The notes below the pieces were generated by a model. That model ran no database searches and was not told the origin of the DNA. It saw nothing but the letters and a program-made list of their open reading frames with translations. The position numbers and the translations under genes are program-made. DNA of 64,000 bases from an uncultured Gammaproteobacteria bacterium (GTDB taxonomy: Bacteria; Pseudomonadota; Gammaproteobacteria; Steroidobacterales; XN24): the NCBI GenBank assembly GCA_963709275.1, contig CAVPVZ010000003.1:8694-72693 (forward strand), in the 5' to 3' direction. Position 1 is the stretch's first letter, and the number at the start of each line of letters is the position of its first letter. Of the stretch, positions 25,139-35,944 are shown one piece after another.

Positions 25139-25973
25139 CTATTCCGGCAATGCGCCGTGGCGGCCCTGGCCGGCGGTGAATGCCGCCGCGCCCGCGCGGG
25201 CTTCCCCGCGCAGCGCCTCGAGCCCGGCGCGAAACTCGGCCTGCAGCGCGGCTCGTTTCATCTGCAAAGGCACCGTAGCGCAGGGCGTCGCGATCGCTGC
25301 GCAGGCAGCCTTGCGGCGCCGCTGCCAGTGACGCGGCCAGCGCTGTTGCAGCCGCGAGGGCTGTGCCTGGCTCCACGACGCGGTCGCACAGACCAATGGA
25401 GTGGCACTCGTCGGCATCGATGCGGCGCCCGCTGAGCACCAGGTCCAGCGCCCGGCCGAGGCCCACGATGCGCGGCAGCCGCACGGTGCCGCCGTCGATC
25501 AGCGGTACGCCCCAGCGCCTGCACAGCACGCCCATCCATGCGGTGCGTTCCATGACGCGGAGATCGCACCACAGCGCCAGTTCCATGCCGCCGGCGACGG
25601 CGGGGCCGGCGATCGCGGCGATCACCGGCTTGCTCAGGCGCAGGCGCGTCGGACCCATGGGCCCGAGCGGCGGTGCGCCGTCTGCGCCGAAGTGCAGGCG
25701 TTCGAGCCAGGCATCGGCCTGTCCCTCGGCCAGGGACTTGAGGTCGAATCCCGCGCAGAAGCTGCCGCCGCTGCCGGTGAGCACGGCGACTGCGGCGTTC
25801 TCATCGGCCTCGAAGTCGAGCATGGCGTGATAAAGCTGCAGCGCTGTGTGCGGGTCGACGGCATTGCGACTGTCGGGCCGGACCAGGGTCACCACCGTCA
25901 CGACGCCGCGATGAGCGACCTCGACGGTGCGCGTTCCGGGATCGGTCGTGGAAGCTTTGGTGGATTGGGACAT
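25139..25973 (-). CDS. Crotonase/enoyl-CoA hydratase family protein; apparent frameshift near 25255
   Basis: RNAVD, FCAGFDL, GPMGPTR, AVAGGMELALWCD and PLIDGGTVRLPR. The family C-terminus (GA..F..G.GRHG) is in the 25139..25417 frame. Confidence 0.9.
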
Positions 25974-26228
25974 GATTGGAAGCTATTGATTTTGAAGGGG
26001 GCTGTGGCCCATGTTACCCTTGTTGCCTGCAACGAGACGACCTGGAGACCGCTGCTCGCGCGGCGCTGAGCCGATGATGCGCGCCGGACCAGACCGCTGG
26101 CTTGCCCGGGTTGCCGGGCGATTTCTTGCCGCTGCCACCGGTGGCGCGCACTGCCCGCTCGTCAATCATTCGCGCTAGAGACATCACAGGCCCGGTACCG
26201 TAAGCCCGGGTCGCAAGGAGTTTATTTC

Positions 26229-27998
26229 ATGTGTGGAATCGCCGGCGAGATTCGCTTCGACGGCGCTGCGGCCGACACCGGTCGTGTGCAAAGGATGCTC
26301 GACCTGATGAGCGCCCGCGGCCCCGACGACGACGGGCTGGTGGCCCAAGGCCCGGTGGCGCTGGGCCACCGGCGCCTCGCCATTGTCGATCTCTCCGAGC
26401 GAGGCGCGCAGCCGATGCGCGACCAGGAGCTCGGGCTGACCATCGTGTTCAACGGCTGTATCTACAACCACGACGAGTTGCGCCGCCGGCTGTCCGGCGA
26501 GGGCTATCGCTTCTTCTCGCGCAGCGACACCGAGGTCATCCTCAAGGCCTACCACGCCTGGGGCGAGCGCTGCGTGGAAGAATTCAAGGGCATGTTCGCG
26601 TTCTGCCTGCGTGAGCACGAAAGCGGCCGCCTGTTCCTGGCACGCGACCGGCTCGGCATCAAGCCGCTCTACTACAGCCATGAGGGCGGTGTATTCCGCT
26701 TCGCTTCGACCTTGCCGGCGCTGTTGCGCGACGGCGCGGTCAGCAAGGAGCTCGACCCGGCCGCGTTGCATCACTACATGAGCTTTCATTCCGTGGTGCC
26801 GGCGCCGCGCACCCTGCTGAAGTCGGTGCGCAAGCTGGCCCCGGGGTGCCGCATGCGTATCGAGACGGACGGCACGGTGCGCGAGGAGCGCTACTGGGCG
26901 CTCGAATTCGGCACGCGGGACGGCGATCCCAAGGGGGAGGAAGAATGGGAGGAAGCGGTGCTCGAGAGCATGCGCCAGGCCGTGCGCCGGCGCCTGACCG
27001 GCGACGTGCCCGTGGGCGTGCTGCTTTCGGGCGGACTCGACTCGAGCCTCATCACCGGCCTGCTGGCGCGCGAGGGCGTGCCGCATCTGAATACGTTCAC
27101 CGTCGGCTTCGAGGACGTCGGCAAGGAAGAGGGTAACGAATTCCGCTACTCGGACCTCGTGGCTCAGACCTTCGGCACCGAGCACCACCAGGTGTTCATC
27201 GATTCCGGCACGCTGCTCAAGCACCTTCCGGGTTGTTTCTCCGCCATGGCCGAGCCCATGGTGAGCCACGACAATATCGGCTTCTACCTGCTCTCGCGCG
27301 AGGTCTCCAAGCACGTCAAGGTGGTGCAGAGCGGGCAGGGCGCGGACGAGGTGTTCGGTGGTTACCACTGGTATCCGCCCCTGCTCGATAGCCGCGACCC
27401 GGTGGGTGATTACGCGCGGGTCTTCTTCGATCGCGACCATGCCGAGTTTGCCGAAGCCGTGAACCCGGACCTGGTGCAGCGTGACTTCAGCCGCGAATTC
27501 GTCACGGCGTGGTTCGACTCCGCGGCGGCCCAGGCGCCGGTGGACAAGGCTCTGCACATCGACACCAACGTGATGCTGGTGGACGACCCGGTGAAGCGCG
27601 TCGACAACATGACCATGGCCTGGGGCCTCGAGGCACGCACGCCTTTCCTCGATCATGAGGTGGTGGAACTCGCTGCGCGCTGTCCCGCCGCGCTGAAGCT
27701 GGCGCAGGACGGCAAGGGCGTGTTGAAGGAAGCCGCGCGGCGCGTCATCCCTGCGGGGGTGATCGATCGGCCGAAGGGTTATTTCCCGGTGCCGGCGCTG
27801 AAATACCTGCGTGGCGAGAGCCTGGATATGGTGCGCGATGCGCTCACCGGCCAGGCGGCGCGGCAGCGCGGCGTGTTCAACCCGGCCTACGTGGAACGCC
27901 TGCTGCAGGCGCCCGAAGAGCACCTGACGCCGCTGCGCGGTTCCAAGCTGTGGCAGCTGGCAGTGTTTGAATTGTGGATGCAGACGCACGGGATCTGA
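26229..27998 (+). CDS. asnO: N-acetylglutaminylglutamine amidotransferase (AsnB-like), NAGGN biosynthesis
   Basis: MCGIAG Ntn Cys, [26 protein letters not shown] and SGQGADEVFGGYHWY; adjacent to a GNAT/ATP-grasp gene and an M42 peptidase. Confidence 0.92.
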   Translation: MCGIAGEIRFDGAAADTGRVQRMLDLMSARGPDDDGLVAQGPVALGHRRLAIVDLSERGAQPMRDQELGLTIVFNGCIYNHDELRRRLSGEGYRFFSRSDTEVILKAYHAWGERCVEEFKGMFAFCLREHESGRLFLARDRLGIKPLYYSHEGGVFRFASTLPALLRDGAVSKELDPAALHHYMSFHSVVPAPRTLLKSVRKLAPGCRMRIETDGTVREERYWALEFGTRDGDPKGEEEWEEAVLESMRQAVRRRLTGDVPVGVLLSGGLDSSLITGLLAREGVPHLNTFTVGFEDVGKEEGNEFRYSDLVAQTFGTEHHQVFIDSGTLLKHLPGCFSAMAEPMVSHDNIGFYLLSREVSKHVKVVQSGQGADEVFGGYHWYPPLLDSRDPVGDYARVFFDRDHAEFAEAVNPDLVQRDFSREFVTAWFDSAAAQAPVDKALHIDTNVMLVDDPVKRVDNMTMAWGLEARTPFLDHEVVELAARCPAALKLAQDGKGVLKEAARRVIPAGVIDRPKGYFPVPALKYLRGESLDMVRDALTGQAARQRGVFNPAYVERLLQAPEEHLTPLRGSKLWQLAVFELWMQTHGI

Positions 27999-28003
27999 GG
28001 CGC

Positions 28004-29820
28004 ATGAGTGGAAAGAAAGGCTTCGGGAGCGATCGCAGCGCGAGCAAAGGCGGGCACGCCGTCTCGGATCGCTCGCGCCACCGCCTCGAGCGCCAGGGAT
28101 CGGCCACGCTGCGCGGCTTCGTCGAGGAGGACCCACAGCACAAGGGCACGCCGCTCAAGCCCAACGCCACGCTGGACTGTGGCTGGGGACGGCTGATTTT
28201 TGCGCACACCTTCAGTGACAACGCCGAGCTGGCCCGCACTTTGCTGCAGGAGAAAGAAGGACAGCGCGATATCGCGATCTACCTGCGGGATCCGCATGTC
28301 GTGCTCGCCATGGCGCCGCAGGACCTGTTCCTCGATCCATCCCATACCTATCGCCTGTGGTTCTTCAACTACCGGCCGGCGCGCGTGCAGCCGCGCGGTT
28401 TCCGCGTGCGCCGGCTGCGCAGCCAGGAAGATGCCGAGGCGATGTATCGCCTGCTCAGCAGCCGCCGCATGGTGCCGCCAAGCCCGGAGTTCGTGCTCGA
28501 CAAGCGCAAGTCGCGCGCGCTGTCTTTTTTCATCGCGGAAGACGAGGAGAGCGGTCGCATCATCGGCACGGTCACCGGCGTCGACCATGTCGAGGCCTTC
28601 GGCGACCCGGAGAAGGGTTCGAGCATGTGGTGCCTGGCCGTGGATCCGCAGGCGGCGCAGCCGGGCATCGGCCGCGCCCTGGTGGCCTGGGTTGCCGACC
28701 ACTATGCGGCCCGGGGGCGGGCGTTCATGGACCTGTCCGTGATGCACGACAACGAAGCGGTCATCCGGCTCTACGAGAAGATGGGTTTCGAGCGCGTGCC
28801 GGTGTTCTCGCTGAAGCGCAAAAACGCTATCAACGAGCCCCTGTTCGTCGGGCCCGAGAACTACGACGCACTCAATCCATACGCCCGCATCATCGTCGAC
28901 GAGGCGCGGCGGCGCGGGATCGGCGTCGAGCTGGTGGACGCCGAGGAAGGGATACTTTGCCCTGACCCTGGGCGGGCGCAGCATCGTGTGCCGTGAATCC
29001 CTGTCCGAACTCACCAGCGCGATCGCCATGAGCCGTTGCGACGACAAGCGCATCACGCGCAAGCTGCTGGCGGAAGCGGGGCTCAGCGTCCCGGCGCAGC
29101 AGGTGGCGGGCAATGCGGCGGCGGACAGGTCCTTCCTCGCCGAGCATGGCGCCGTCGTGGTCAAGCCCGCGCGCGGCGAACAGGGCCGCGGGGTGGCCGT
29201 CGATATCAGCGACGGAGAAGGAAATGACGGCCGCCATCGAAGCTGCGGGCCGCTTCTCGGACTGCGTCATCCTCGAGGCCTGTGCGCGCGGCGACGACCT
29301 GCGCGTCATCGTCATCGATTACCGCGTGGTGGCGGCGGCCTTGCGCAAGCCGGCCGAGATCTCCGGCGACGGGCGGCATGACATCCGCACGCTGATCAAG
29401 AAGCAGAGCCGGCGCAGAGCCGCGGCAACCGGCGGCGAAAGCCGCATCCCGCTCGACGATGAGACCGAGCGCTGCGTGGCACGCCAGGGTTACTCGCTCG
29501 ACAGCGTCCTGCCGCCCGGCGCGACGCTGCGTGTGCGCGCGACTGCCAATCTCCATACCGGCGGCACGCTGCATGACGTCACCGAGCAGCTCTCGCCGCA
29601 GCTGCGCGCAGTGTCCGAGCAGGCGGCACGCGCCCTGAAGATTCCGGTGGTGGGGCTGGACCTGCTGGTGCCGGGCCCGGCTGGAGACGAGTACGTCTTC
29701 ATCGAGGCCAACGAGCGGCCCGGGCTGGCGAATCACGAGCCCCAGCCAACCGCGGAGCGCTTCATTGACTTCCTCTTTCCGCAGACCATGCAGGTGAGCG
29801 ATGCGACCCCTGGAAATTGA
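28004..29820 (+). CDS. ngg: N-acetylglutaminylglutamine synthetase (GNAT + ATP-grasp); frameshifts (~28960, ~29220)
   Basis: CGWGRLIF, QDLFLDPS, GNAT (WCLAVDPQ..PGIG), ATP-grasp (CRESLSELTSA, VVKPARGEQGRGV, NLHTGG, IEANERPGLANHEPQPTAERF). Confidence 0.92.
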
Positions 29821-30931
29821 CCTCGATTACCTCCAGCAGGTGCTGGTAGAACTGCTGAAGATTCCGAGCCCCGCCGGCTTTACCGACGAGGCCGTGAGGT
29901 ACACGCTGCGGCGGCTCGAGGAGCTTGGTATTCCTGCCGAGATCACGCGGCGCGGCGCTATCCGCGCCGATCTCAAGGGCGCGCAACAGAGCCCGGACCG
30001 CGCCATCGTCACGCACCTGGACACCCTCGGCGCCATCGTCGCCGACCTGAAAGACAACGGCCGCCTCGAGCTGCTCCCGATCGGCACCTGGTCCAGCCGC
30101 TTCGCGGAGGGGGCACGCGTGACGGTGTATACCGACGAAGGGAGTTATCGCGGCACCATCCTCCCGATCAAGGCTTCGGGCCATGCCTACAATCTCGAGA
30201 TCGACACGCTCCCGGTGACATGGGACAACATCGAACTGCGCCTCGACGAGGAGTGTTTCACGCGCGCGGACCTGGTGCGTCTCGGTCTCAACCGCGGCGA
30301 CTTCGTTGCGGTGGACGCGCAGCCCGAGATCACGCCTTCCGGCTTCATCAACTCGCGCCATCTCGACGACAAGGGCGGCGTCGCCACCGTGCTCGCGGTG
30401 GCCAAGGCGCTGGTGGAAAGCAAGACGCGCCTGCCGGTGGACTGTCACCTGCTGTTCACCATCAGCGAGGAGGTCGGCTCCGGCGCGTCGGCGGTGCTGC
30501 ACGGCGATGTCGCCGAGATGGTCACTGTGGACACGGGACCCGTCGCCCCGATCCAGGCCGGGGACGAGTTCGGCGTGACGATCTGCATGAAGGACTCTGC
30601 CGGGCCGTTCGATTACCACCTCACGCACAAGCTGCTCGAGCTGTGCAGTGACTACGGCGTGCGCCATCAGCGCGATATCTTCCGCCACTACCGCTGCGAC
30701 AGCGCCTCGGCCATCGAGGCCGGGAACGATATCCGCACGGCCCTGGTCTGCTTCGGCACCGACGCCACCCACGGTTATGAGCGCTGCCACCTGCGCGCGC
30801 TGCAGGCCCTGGCGGACCTGCTCGGCTTGTACGTGCAGAGCCCGCCGACCGCGCGACGCGACCGGCTCGGCCTGGGCTCGCCCGAGGGCTTTACGCATAT
30901 GCCGGTCGGCGACGGCGGGCGCCACGACTGA
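29801..30931 (+). CDS. Osmoprotectant NAGGN system M42 family peptidase
   Basis: HLDTLGA, SRHLDDK, SEEVG, KDSAGPFD, YRCD and HGYER; overlaps the end of ngg. Confidence 0.9.
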   Translation: MRPLEIDLDYLQQVLVELLKIPSPAGFTDEAVRYTLRRLEELGIPAEITRRGAIRADLKGAQQSPDRAIVTHLDTLGAIVADLKDNGRLELLPIGTWSSRFAEGARVTVYTDEGSYRGTILPIKASGHAYNLEIDTLPVTWDNIELRLDEECFTRADLVRLGLNRGDFVAVDAQPEITPSGFINSRHLDDKGGVATVLAVAKALVESKTRLPVDCHLLFTISEEVGSGASAVLHGDVAEMVTVDTGPVAPIQAGDEFGVTICMKDSAGPFDYHLTHKLLELCSDYGVRHQRDIFRHYRCDSASAIEAGNDIRTALVCFGTDATHGYERCHLRALQALADLLGLYVQSPPTARRDRLGLGSPEGFTHMPVGDGGRHD

Positions 30932-30989
30932 GCCTTCGCTTCACCTGTCCCGCGTGCCGCTTTAAGCTGCACGACGGGGAGGACAAGCA

Positions 30990-31763
30990 ATGCAGTCGAA
31001 GGCTTTCATCACTGGGGCGGCATCCGGCATAGGCCAGGCCACGGCGCGGCTGTTCGCGCAGCGTGGCTGGCGCGTCGGCCTGGCGGACCGGGACACAGTG
31101 GGTATCGATGCGCTCGCCGCGGAGCTGGGCGCAGGGTGTGCCGCCGCCTGTCCTTGCGATGTGACGGACCCGGTTTCGCTGCAGCGGGCGCTGGAGCAAT
31201 TCTGCGGTCCCGCCGGCGGCCTCGACCTGCTGGTCAACAATGCCGGCCTGTTGCATATCGGGCCCTTCGAGGAAATGCCGCCGGCGGCGCACCGGGAGCT
31301 CATTGACGTGAATGCGCGCGGCGCGCTGGAAGCGCTGCTGGCGGCCTTTCCGCGCCTCGCCCGGGCCCGGGGGGCGGTGGTGAACGTCTCTTCCGCGTCT
31401 GCGGCCTACGGCTCAGCCGACTACGCCACCTACTCAGCGAGCAAGATGTTCGTGCGCGGCCTGAGCGAGGCGCTGGACATCGAGTGGCGCCGCCATGGGG
31501 TCCGCGTGGCCTGCATCATGCCGGCATTCGTCAGCACGCCGATGATCGAGGGCTGGCGCAGCACTGCCATGGATCGCCTCGGCGTGCAGCTGCGCCCGGA
31601 GGACATCGCCGAGGTCATCTGGCGGGCGGCGCACGGGCGGCGCCTCACCTGGCACGTCGGGTGGCGCTACCGGGTGCTGCGCGCACTGAGCGAGCCCCTG
31701 CCCAGCGCGGTGAAGCGGCGCATGATGCGCTGGATGTCCGGCTACCCCGGGAGCCCGGCATGA
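30990..31763 (+). CDS. Short-chain dehydrogenase/reductase
   Basis: TGAASGIG, NNAG, SS and YSASK; SD GGAGG. Confidence 0.92.
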   Translation: MQSKAFITGAASGIGQATARLFAQRGWRVGLADRDTVGIDALAAELGAGCAAACPCDVTDPVSLQRALEQFCGPAGGLDLLVNNAGLLHIGPFEEMPPAAHRELIDVNARGALEALLAAFPRLARARGAVVNVSSASAAYGSADYATYSASKMFVRGLSEALDIEWRRHGVRVACIMPAFVSTPMIEGWRSTAMDRLGVQLRPEDIAEVIWRAAHGRRLTWHVGWRYRVLRALSEPLPSAVKRRMMRWMSGYPGSPA

Positions 31764-32596
31764 GACACACGATGGAAGGGTTTCGCGGTCGTACCGCGTT
31801 CGTGACCGGGGCGGGGTCCGGGCTGGGACTGGGTATCTCCACGCTGCTGGCGCACAGCGGAGCCAACGTCGTCATGACCGATGTCGACGCGGACGCGTGC
31901 GCGCGGGCCGCGGCACCGCTGCAAGCGGCCGGATGCGCAGTGGAGACGGCGGCCCTCGACGTGCGCGACGGCAATGCCTTTGCGGACTGTTTTGCCGCTG
32001 CCTGGGAGCGCCACGGCAGGGTGGACCTGCTGTTCAACAATGCCGGTATCGGCGCCGCCGGGGACGCGCGGGATGTCGACCTGGCGACCTGGAGACAGGT
32101 GGTGGAGATCAACCTGATGGGCGTGATTCACGGCTGCCAGGCGGCCTGGTCGCGCATGGCGAGTGCCGGCGGCGGGCAGATCGTGAACACCGCTTCCGCC
32201 TTTGGCCTGCTGCCGGGACCGCTCTACGCCGCCTACAGCGCGACCAAGCACGGTGTGGTCGGGCTGTCCCGCTCTCTGCGCGCCGAGGGCAGGGACCTTG
32301 GCATCGGCGTGACCGCCGTGTGCCCGGGCTTCATTCGTACGCGCATCCTGGACAACGCGCTCATGGCCGGCGTGGATCGGGCCGACGCGGAGGCCGCGGT
32401 ACCGTTCCGCTTCCTCGATGCCGACACGGCCGTGCGCACCATCCTGCGCGGCGTACGGCGCAATCGCGCGCGCATCGTGTTCCCCTGGGAAATACGCGCG
32501 CTGTGGTGGCTCGATCGGCTGAACCCCGCACTGGTCGACGCCATCAGCGCGCTGGCGGCGCGGCGTTACCGCCGCGCGGCGCAGCGCGAGGACTAG
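31760..32596 (+). CDS. Short-chain dehydrogenase/reductase
   Basis: TGAGSGLG, FNNAGI, NTAS, YSATK and CPG; ATGA overlap with the preceding SDR. Confidence 0.92.
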   Translation: MRHTMEGFRGRTAFVTGAGSGLGLGISTLLAHSGANVVMTDVDADACARAAAPLQAAGCAVETAALDVRDGNAFADCFAAAWERHGRVDLLFNNAGIGAAGDARDVDLATWRQVVEINLMGVIHGCQAAWSRMASAGGGQIVNTASAFGLLPGPLYAAYSATKHGVVGLSRSLRAEGRDLGIGVTAVCPGFIRTRILDNALMAGVDRADAEAAVPFRFLDADTAVRTILRGVRRNRARIVFPWEIRALWWLDRLNPALVDAISALAARRYRRAAQRED

Positions 32597-32599
32597 GAC

Positions 32600-34766
32600 T
32601 CAGGCGCGCACGCGCCGCTTGCTGCGCCCATGCAGCTTCTTGCGCCCGACCGCGCGGGCGCGTTTCTGGGCCAGCGCGATCAGTTGTTCCTGGGCGCCGC
32701 GAGGGTCGTCGTCGTCGCTGGGCACGCGCTGCACATAGCTGCCGTCGGCATGCATGTCCCAGGCGCTGCGCCGGTCGTTGAGCTGGATGTCGAGGATCTC
32801 GCGCAGCGAACGCTGGCAGTCAGGATCTTCCACCGGCACGACGGTTTCGACGCGGGACTCGAGGTTGCGCTTCATGCAGTCCGCCGAGCCGATGAAGTAC
32901 TCCTCGGCGCCCGCGTTGCGGAAGTAGTAGATGCGCGTGTGTTCGAGGAAGCGCCCGACAATGCTGATCACGCGGATGTTCTCCGACAGGCCCGGCACGC
33001 CGGGGCGCACTCGGCAGGTATCGCGGATCACCAGGTCCACCGTGACCCCCGCATTGCGAGGCGCGGTAGAGCGCGCGCACGATGTCGACGTCCTCGAGCG
33101 CGTTCGTCTTGAACTGGATATGACCGCGCTCGCCGGCGGCCTGTAGTTCGATCTCGCGCTCGATCTTCGCCAGCAGGGCGCGCTTGAGATGGGTCGGGGC
33201 CGGCAGCAGCTTGTGATAGCGACGCTTGGCCACGTAGCCCGTGGTGAGGAAGTTGAACAGCTCGGTCAGGTCGCTGCCGAGCACCGGATCGCAGGTCAGC
33301 AGGCCGAGATCGCTGTACAGGCGCGCCGTGCCGGAGTGGTAGTTGCCGGTGCCGAGGTGCGCGTAGCGGCGCAGGCCGTCGTAATCGCTGCCGTAGGACG
33401 AAGATCGACCTTGCTGTGGGTTTTCAGGCCCAGCACGCCGTAGGAGACGTGGATGCCGGCCTCTTCCAGCGAGTTCGCCCAGCGCACGTTGGCCGCCTCG
33501 TCGAAACGCGCCTTGAGCTCCACGGCCACGGCCACCTGTTTTCCCGTTCTCGGCGGCATCGATGAGGTATTCGATGATCTTCGATTTCCGCGCGGTGCGG
33601 TACAGCGTCATCTTGATGGCCAGCACCTTCGGGTCCTGGCTGGCTTCGCGCAGGAAGCGCTCCACCGAAGTGGTGAAGGATTCGTAGGGATGCTGCAGCA
33701 GGATCGGGCCGCTGCCGCGAATCAGGTGGAAGATGTTCGGCGCGTCCGACCAGCTTGGGATGCTCGATGGGGTGGTGCGGCGGGTCCTTGAGCTCAGGCC
33801 GGTCGAGCCCCATGAGTTCCATCAGGTCGCGGCGCTGCATCAGGCCGTCGACGTCGAAAACTTCCATGTTCTCCTCGAGCCCCAGCTCGGCAGCGAGCAT
33901 GCCGCGATGGATCGGCGGCATGGCGGCGCTGACCTCAAGGCGCACGGTGGGCGCAAACTTGCGGTCGCGCAGTTCGGTCTCGATGACCTGCAGCAGGTCG
34001 TTGGCCTGTTCCTCGTAGCGCTCCACGATCGCGTTGCGCGTGACTCGGAACAGGTCCCAGCGCTCGATGTCCAGCTCGGGCAGGAGCAGGTCGAGATTGT
34101 GGGCAATGACGTCTTCGAGCGGGACGAAGTGGCTGCGATCCCCGATGCGCACGAAGCGCGGGATGCCTTCGCCCACTGGCACCTTGATGCGCACCAGGCG
34201 CGGGCCGGGCTGGCCGGCAGCGCGGTTGATGCTGACCAGCAGGTTGAGCGAGAGGTTGGAGATGAACGGGAAGGGGTGGGCGGGGTCCATGCCCGATCGG
34301 CGTGAGGAGCGGATAGATGTTCTCTAGGTAGTAGGCGCGCATCTCGGCCTGGTCGCTCGCCTCGAGCTCCGAGTAGCGGCTCAGCGTGATGCCCGCCTCG
34401 CGCAGCTCTGCGACCAGGCGCGGGAACAGTTCGTCCTTGCGCGCCTTGATCGCCATGACTTCGGCCTGGCACTCGCGCAGTCTGCTGTTCGGGCGTGCGG
34501 CCGTCTACGGAGAGTTCGTGCACGCCGGCGCCCACCTGCTGCTTCAGGCCGCCGATACGCTTCATGAAGAACTCGTCGAGATTGGAACTCACGATGGCGA
34601 GGAACTTGACGCGTTCCAGCAGCGGTGTGCGGTCGTCCTCGGCCTCGTGCAGTACGCGGCGGTTGAAAGCCAGCCAGGTGAGCTCGCGATTGAGGTACCA
34701 GGCGGGGTCCGCGAGGTCGACGCCGGGGTCGGCTGCGGTGTGGTCGGCTTCTGCAATCTGGGTCAT
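32600..34766 (-). CDS. ppk1: Polyphosphate kinase 1; about six apparent frameshifts
   Basis: [67 protein letters not shown] and GSAD.M.RNL. Confidence 0.95.
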
Positions 34767-34836
34767 AACCGGGCTCCCTGCATATCCTTTCCATCTTATA
34801 CAAGCCGGGTGACAAAAGCGTGGCCGGGCACACGGA

Positions 34837-34865
34837 TTGCAAAGTGTCGCGCCAAGGAGTAATTT
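34837..34865 (+). promoter_or_regulatory. Putative sigma70 promoter (TTGCAA-17-TAATTT) of the candidate small RNA
   Basis: -35 TTGCAA at 34837-34842, exact 17-nt spacer, -10 TAATTT at 34860-34865. Confidence 0.55.
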
Positions 34866-34871
34866 CGTTCG

Positions 34872-34947
34872 AATTCGCTGGCGGCGCAGATCAACAAGCA
34901 ATAGGCTGCCGCGACTTGATCCCGCCCTCGTGGCGGGTTCTTTTTTT
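34872..34947 (+). ncRNA. Candidate small structured RNA (family unknown)
   Basis: Lies between a promoter and an intrinsic terminator and has no ATG. Hairpin TCGC(T)GGCGGC / GCTGCCGCGA with an A-rich loop. Confidence 0.45.
34918..34947 (+). terminator. Rho-independent terminator upstream of thrB
   Basis: GATCCCGCC-CTCGT-GGCGGGTTC followed by T7. Confidence 0.8.
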
Positions 34948-35005
34948 CTCAGCCGTGGCTGGAACTGCTAAATTGCACGCAACGGGCCAGTTTCCGGGAG
35001 CCCAG

Positions 35006-35938
35006 ATGCACACGGTCACAGTATTTGCCCCCGCTTCCGTCGGCAATGTAGGCGTTGGTTTCGACGTGCTCGGCCATGCCATCGAAGGCGTCGGTGACAC
35101 CGTGCTGCTGCGCCGCATTGCCAGCCCTGGCATGACTCTCACGCGCATCAGCGGCGTCATCACCGAATTGCCGCGCGACGTGGAGCAGAACTCCGCGACC
35201 CGGCCGTTGCTGCGCATGGCGCAAGAGCACGGCATCGAGGGCGGGCTCGAGATCGAGCTGGAAAAGGGGATCCCCCTCGGCTCCGGCATGGGCGGGTCGG
35301 CGGCCTCGGCGGTTGCCGCCGTGGTGGCTGCGGATGCTTTGTGGGAGCTGGGGCTGCCGCTGCATCGCCTGCTCGAATACGCGCTGGAAGGCGAGGGCGC
35401 GGCCAGCGGCGAGGCGCATCCTGACAATGCAGCTGCCTCGCTCTACGGCGGGCTGGTCCTCACTGAGCCCGGGCGACCCCTGCATTGTACCCGGCTGCCG
35501 GTTCCCGCCGGCATCGCGTGCGTGCTGTGCCATCCGGACCTGGAAGTGAGGACCCGCGACGCGCGCCGCATCCTGGCGGCAACGGTGCCGCGCGAGCTCT
35601 GTGTCCGCCAGTCGGCCTGGCTGGCCGGCTTCATCGCGGGTTGCCTGCGCGACGACCTGGAGCAGGTGGCCCGCTGCCTGCAGGACGAGGTGATCTGGCC
35701 GCAGCGCGAGCGCCTGGTGCCGGGGGCCGCGGCTGCGCTGGATGCGGCGCGCGCGGCCGGCGCCATGGGCGGGTCATTGTCGGGCAGCGGTCCGTCCGTC
35801 TTCGCCTGGACCCTGCAGGACCGGGCAGCATCCGTGGCTGCGGCGTTGAGCGGCGCCTTTGCCGCGGCCGGCATTCCTTGCCAGAGCTGGATTTCCACGC
35901 CGGACGCCCCGGGCGCACGCGTGGTGGCGGGCGCCTGA
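35006..35938 (+). CDS. thrB: Homoserine kinase (GHMP family)
   Basis: FAPASVGNVGVGFDVLG, KGIPLGSGMGGSAAS, HPDN and SGSGPS. Confidence 0.93.
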   Translation: MHTVTVFAPASVGNVGVGFDVLGHAIEGVGDTVLLRRIASPGMTLTRISGVITELPRDVEQNSATRPLLRMAQEHGIEGGLEIELEKGIPLGSGMGGSAASAVAAVVAADALWELGLPLHRLLEYALEGEGAASGEAHPDNAAASLYGGLVLTEPGRPLHCTRLPVPAGIACVLCHPDLEVRTRDARRILAATVPRELCVRQSAWLAGFIAGCLRDDLEQVARCLQDEVIWPQRERLVPGAAAALDAARAAGAMGGSLSGSGPSVFAWTLQDRAASVAAALSGAFAAAGIPCQSWISTPDAPGARVVAGA

Positions 35939-35944
35939 GCCGCT

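Noticed and set aside
25979-25991. IHF-like site (AATCAATAGCTTC, minus strand) between the crotonase and asnO
   Set aside because: One mismatch to a short degenerate consensus and no sigma54 -24/-12 element found nearby.
26189-26212. Hairpin GGCCCGG/CCGGGTC just upstream of the asnO SD
   Set aside because: It does not cover the AAGGAG, and short GC stems are expected by chance at this GC content.
25048-32596. Possible genomic island integrated at tRNA-Lys after queC
   Set aside because: No integrase, no duplicated tRNA 3' end that I could find and no evident compositional shift; the site looks empty.
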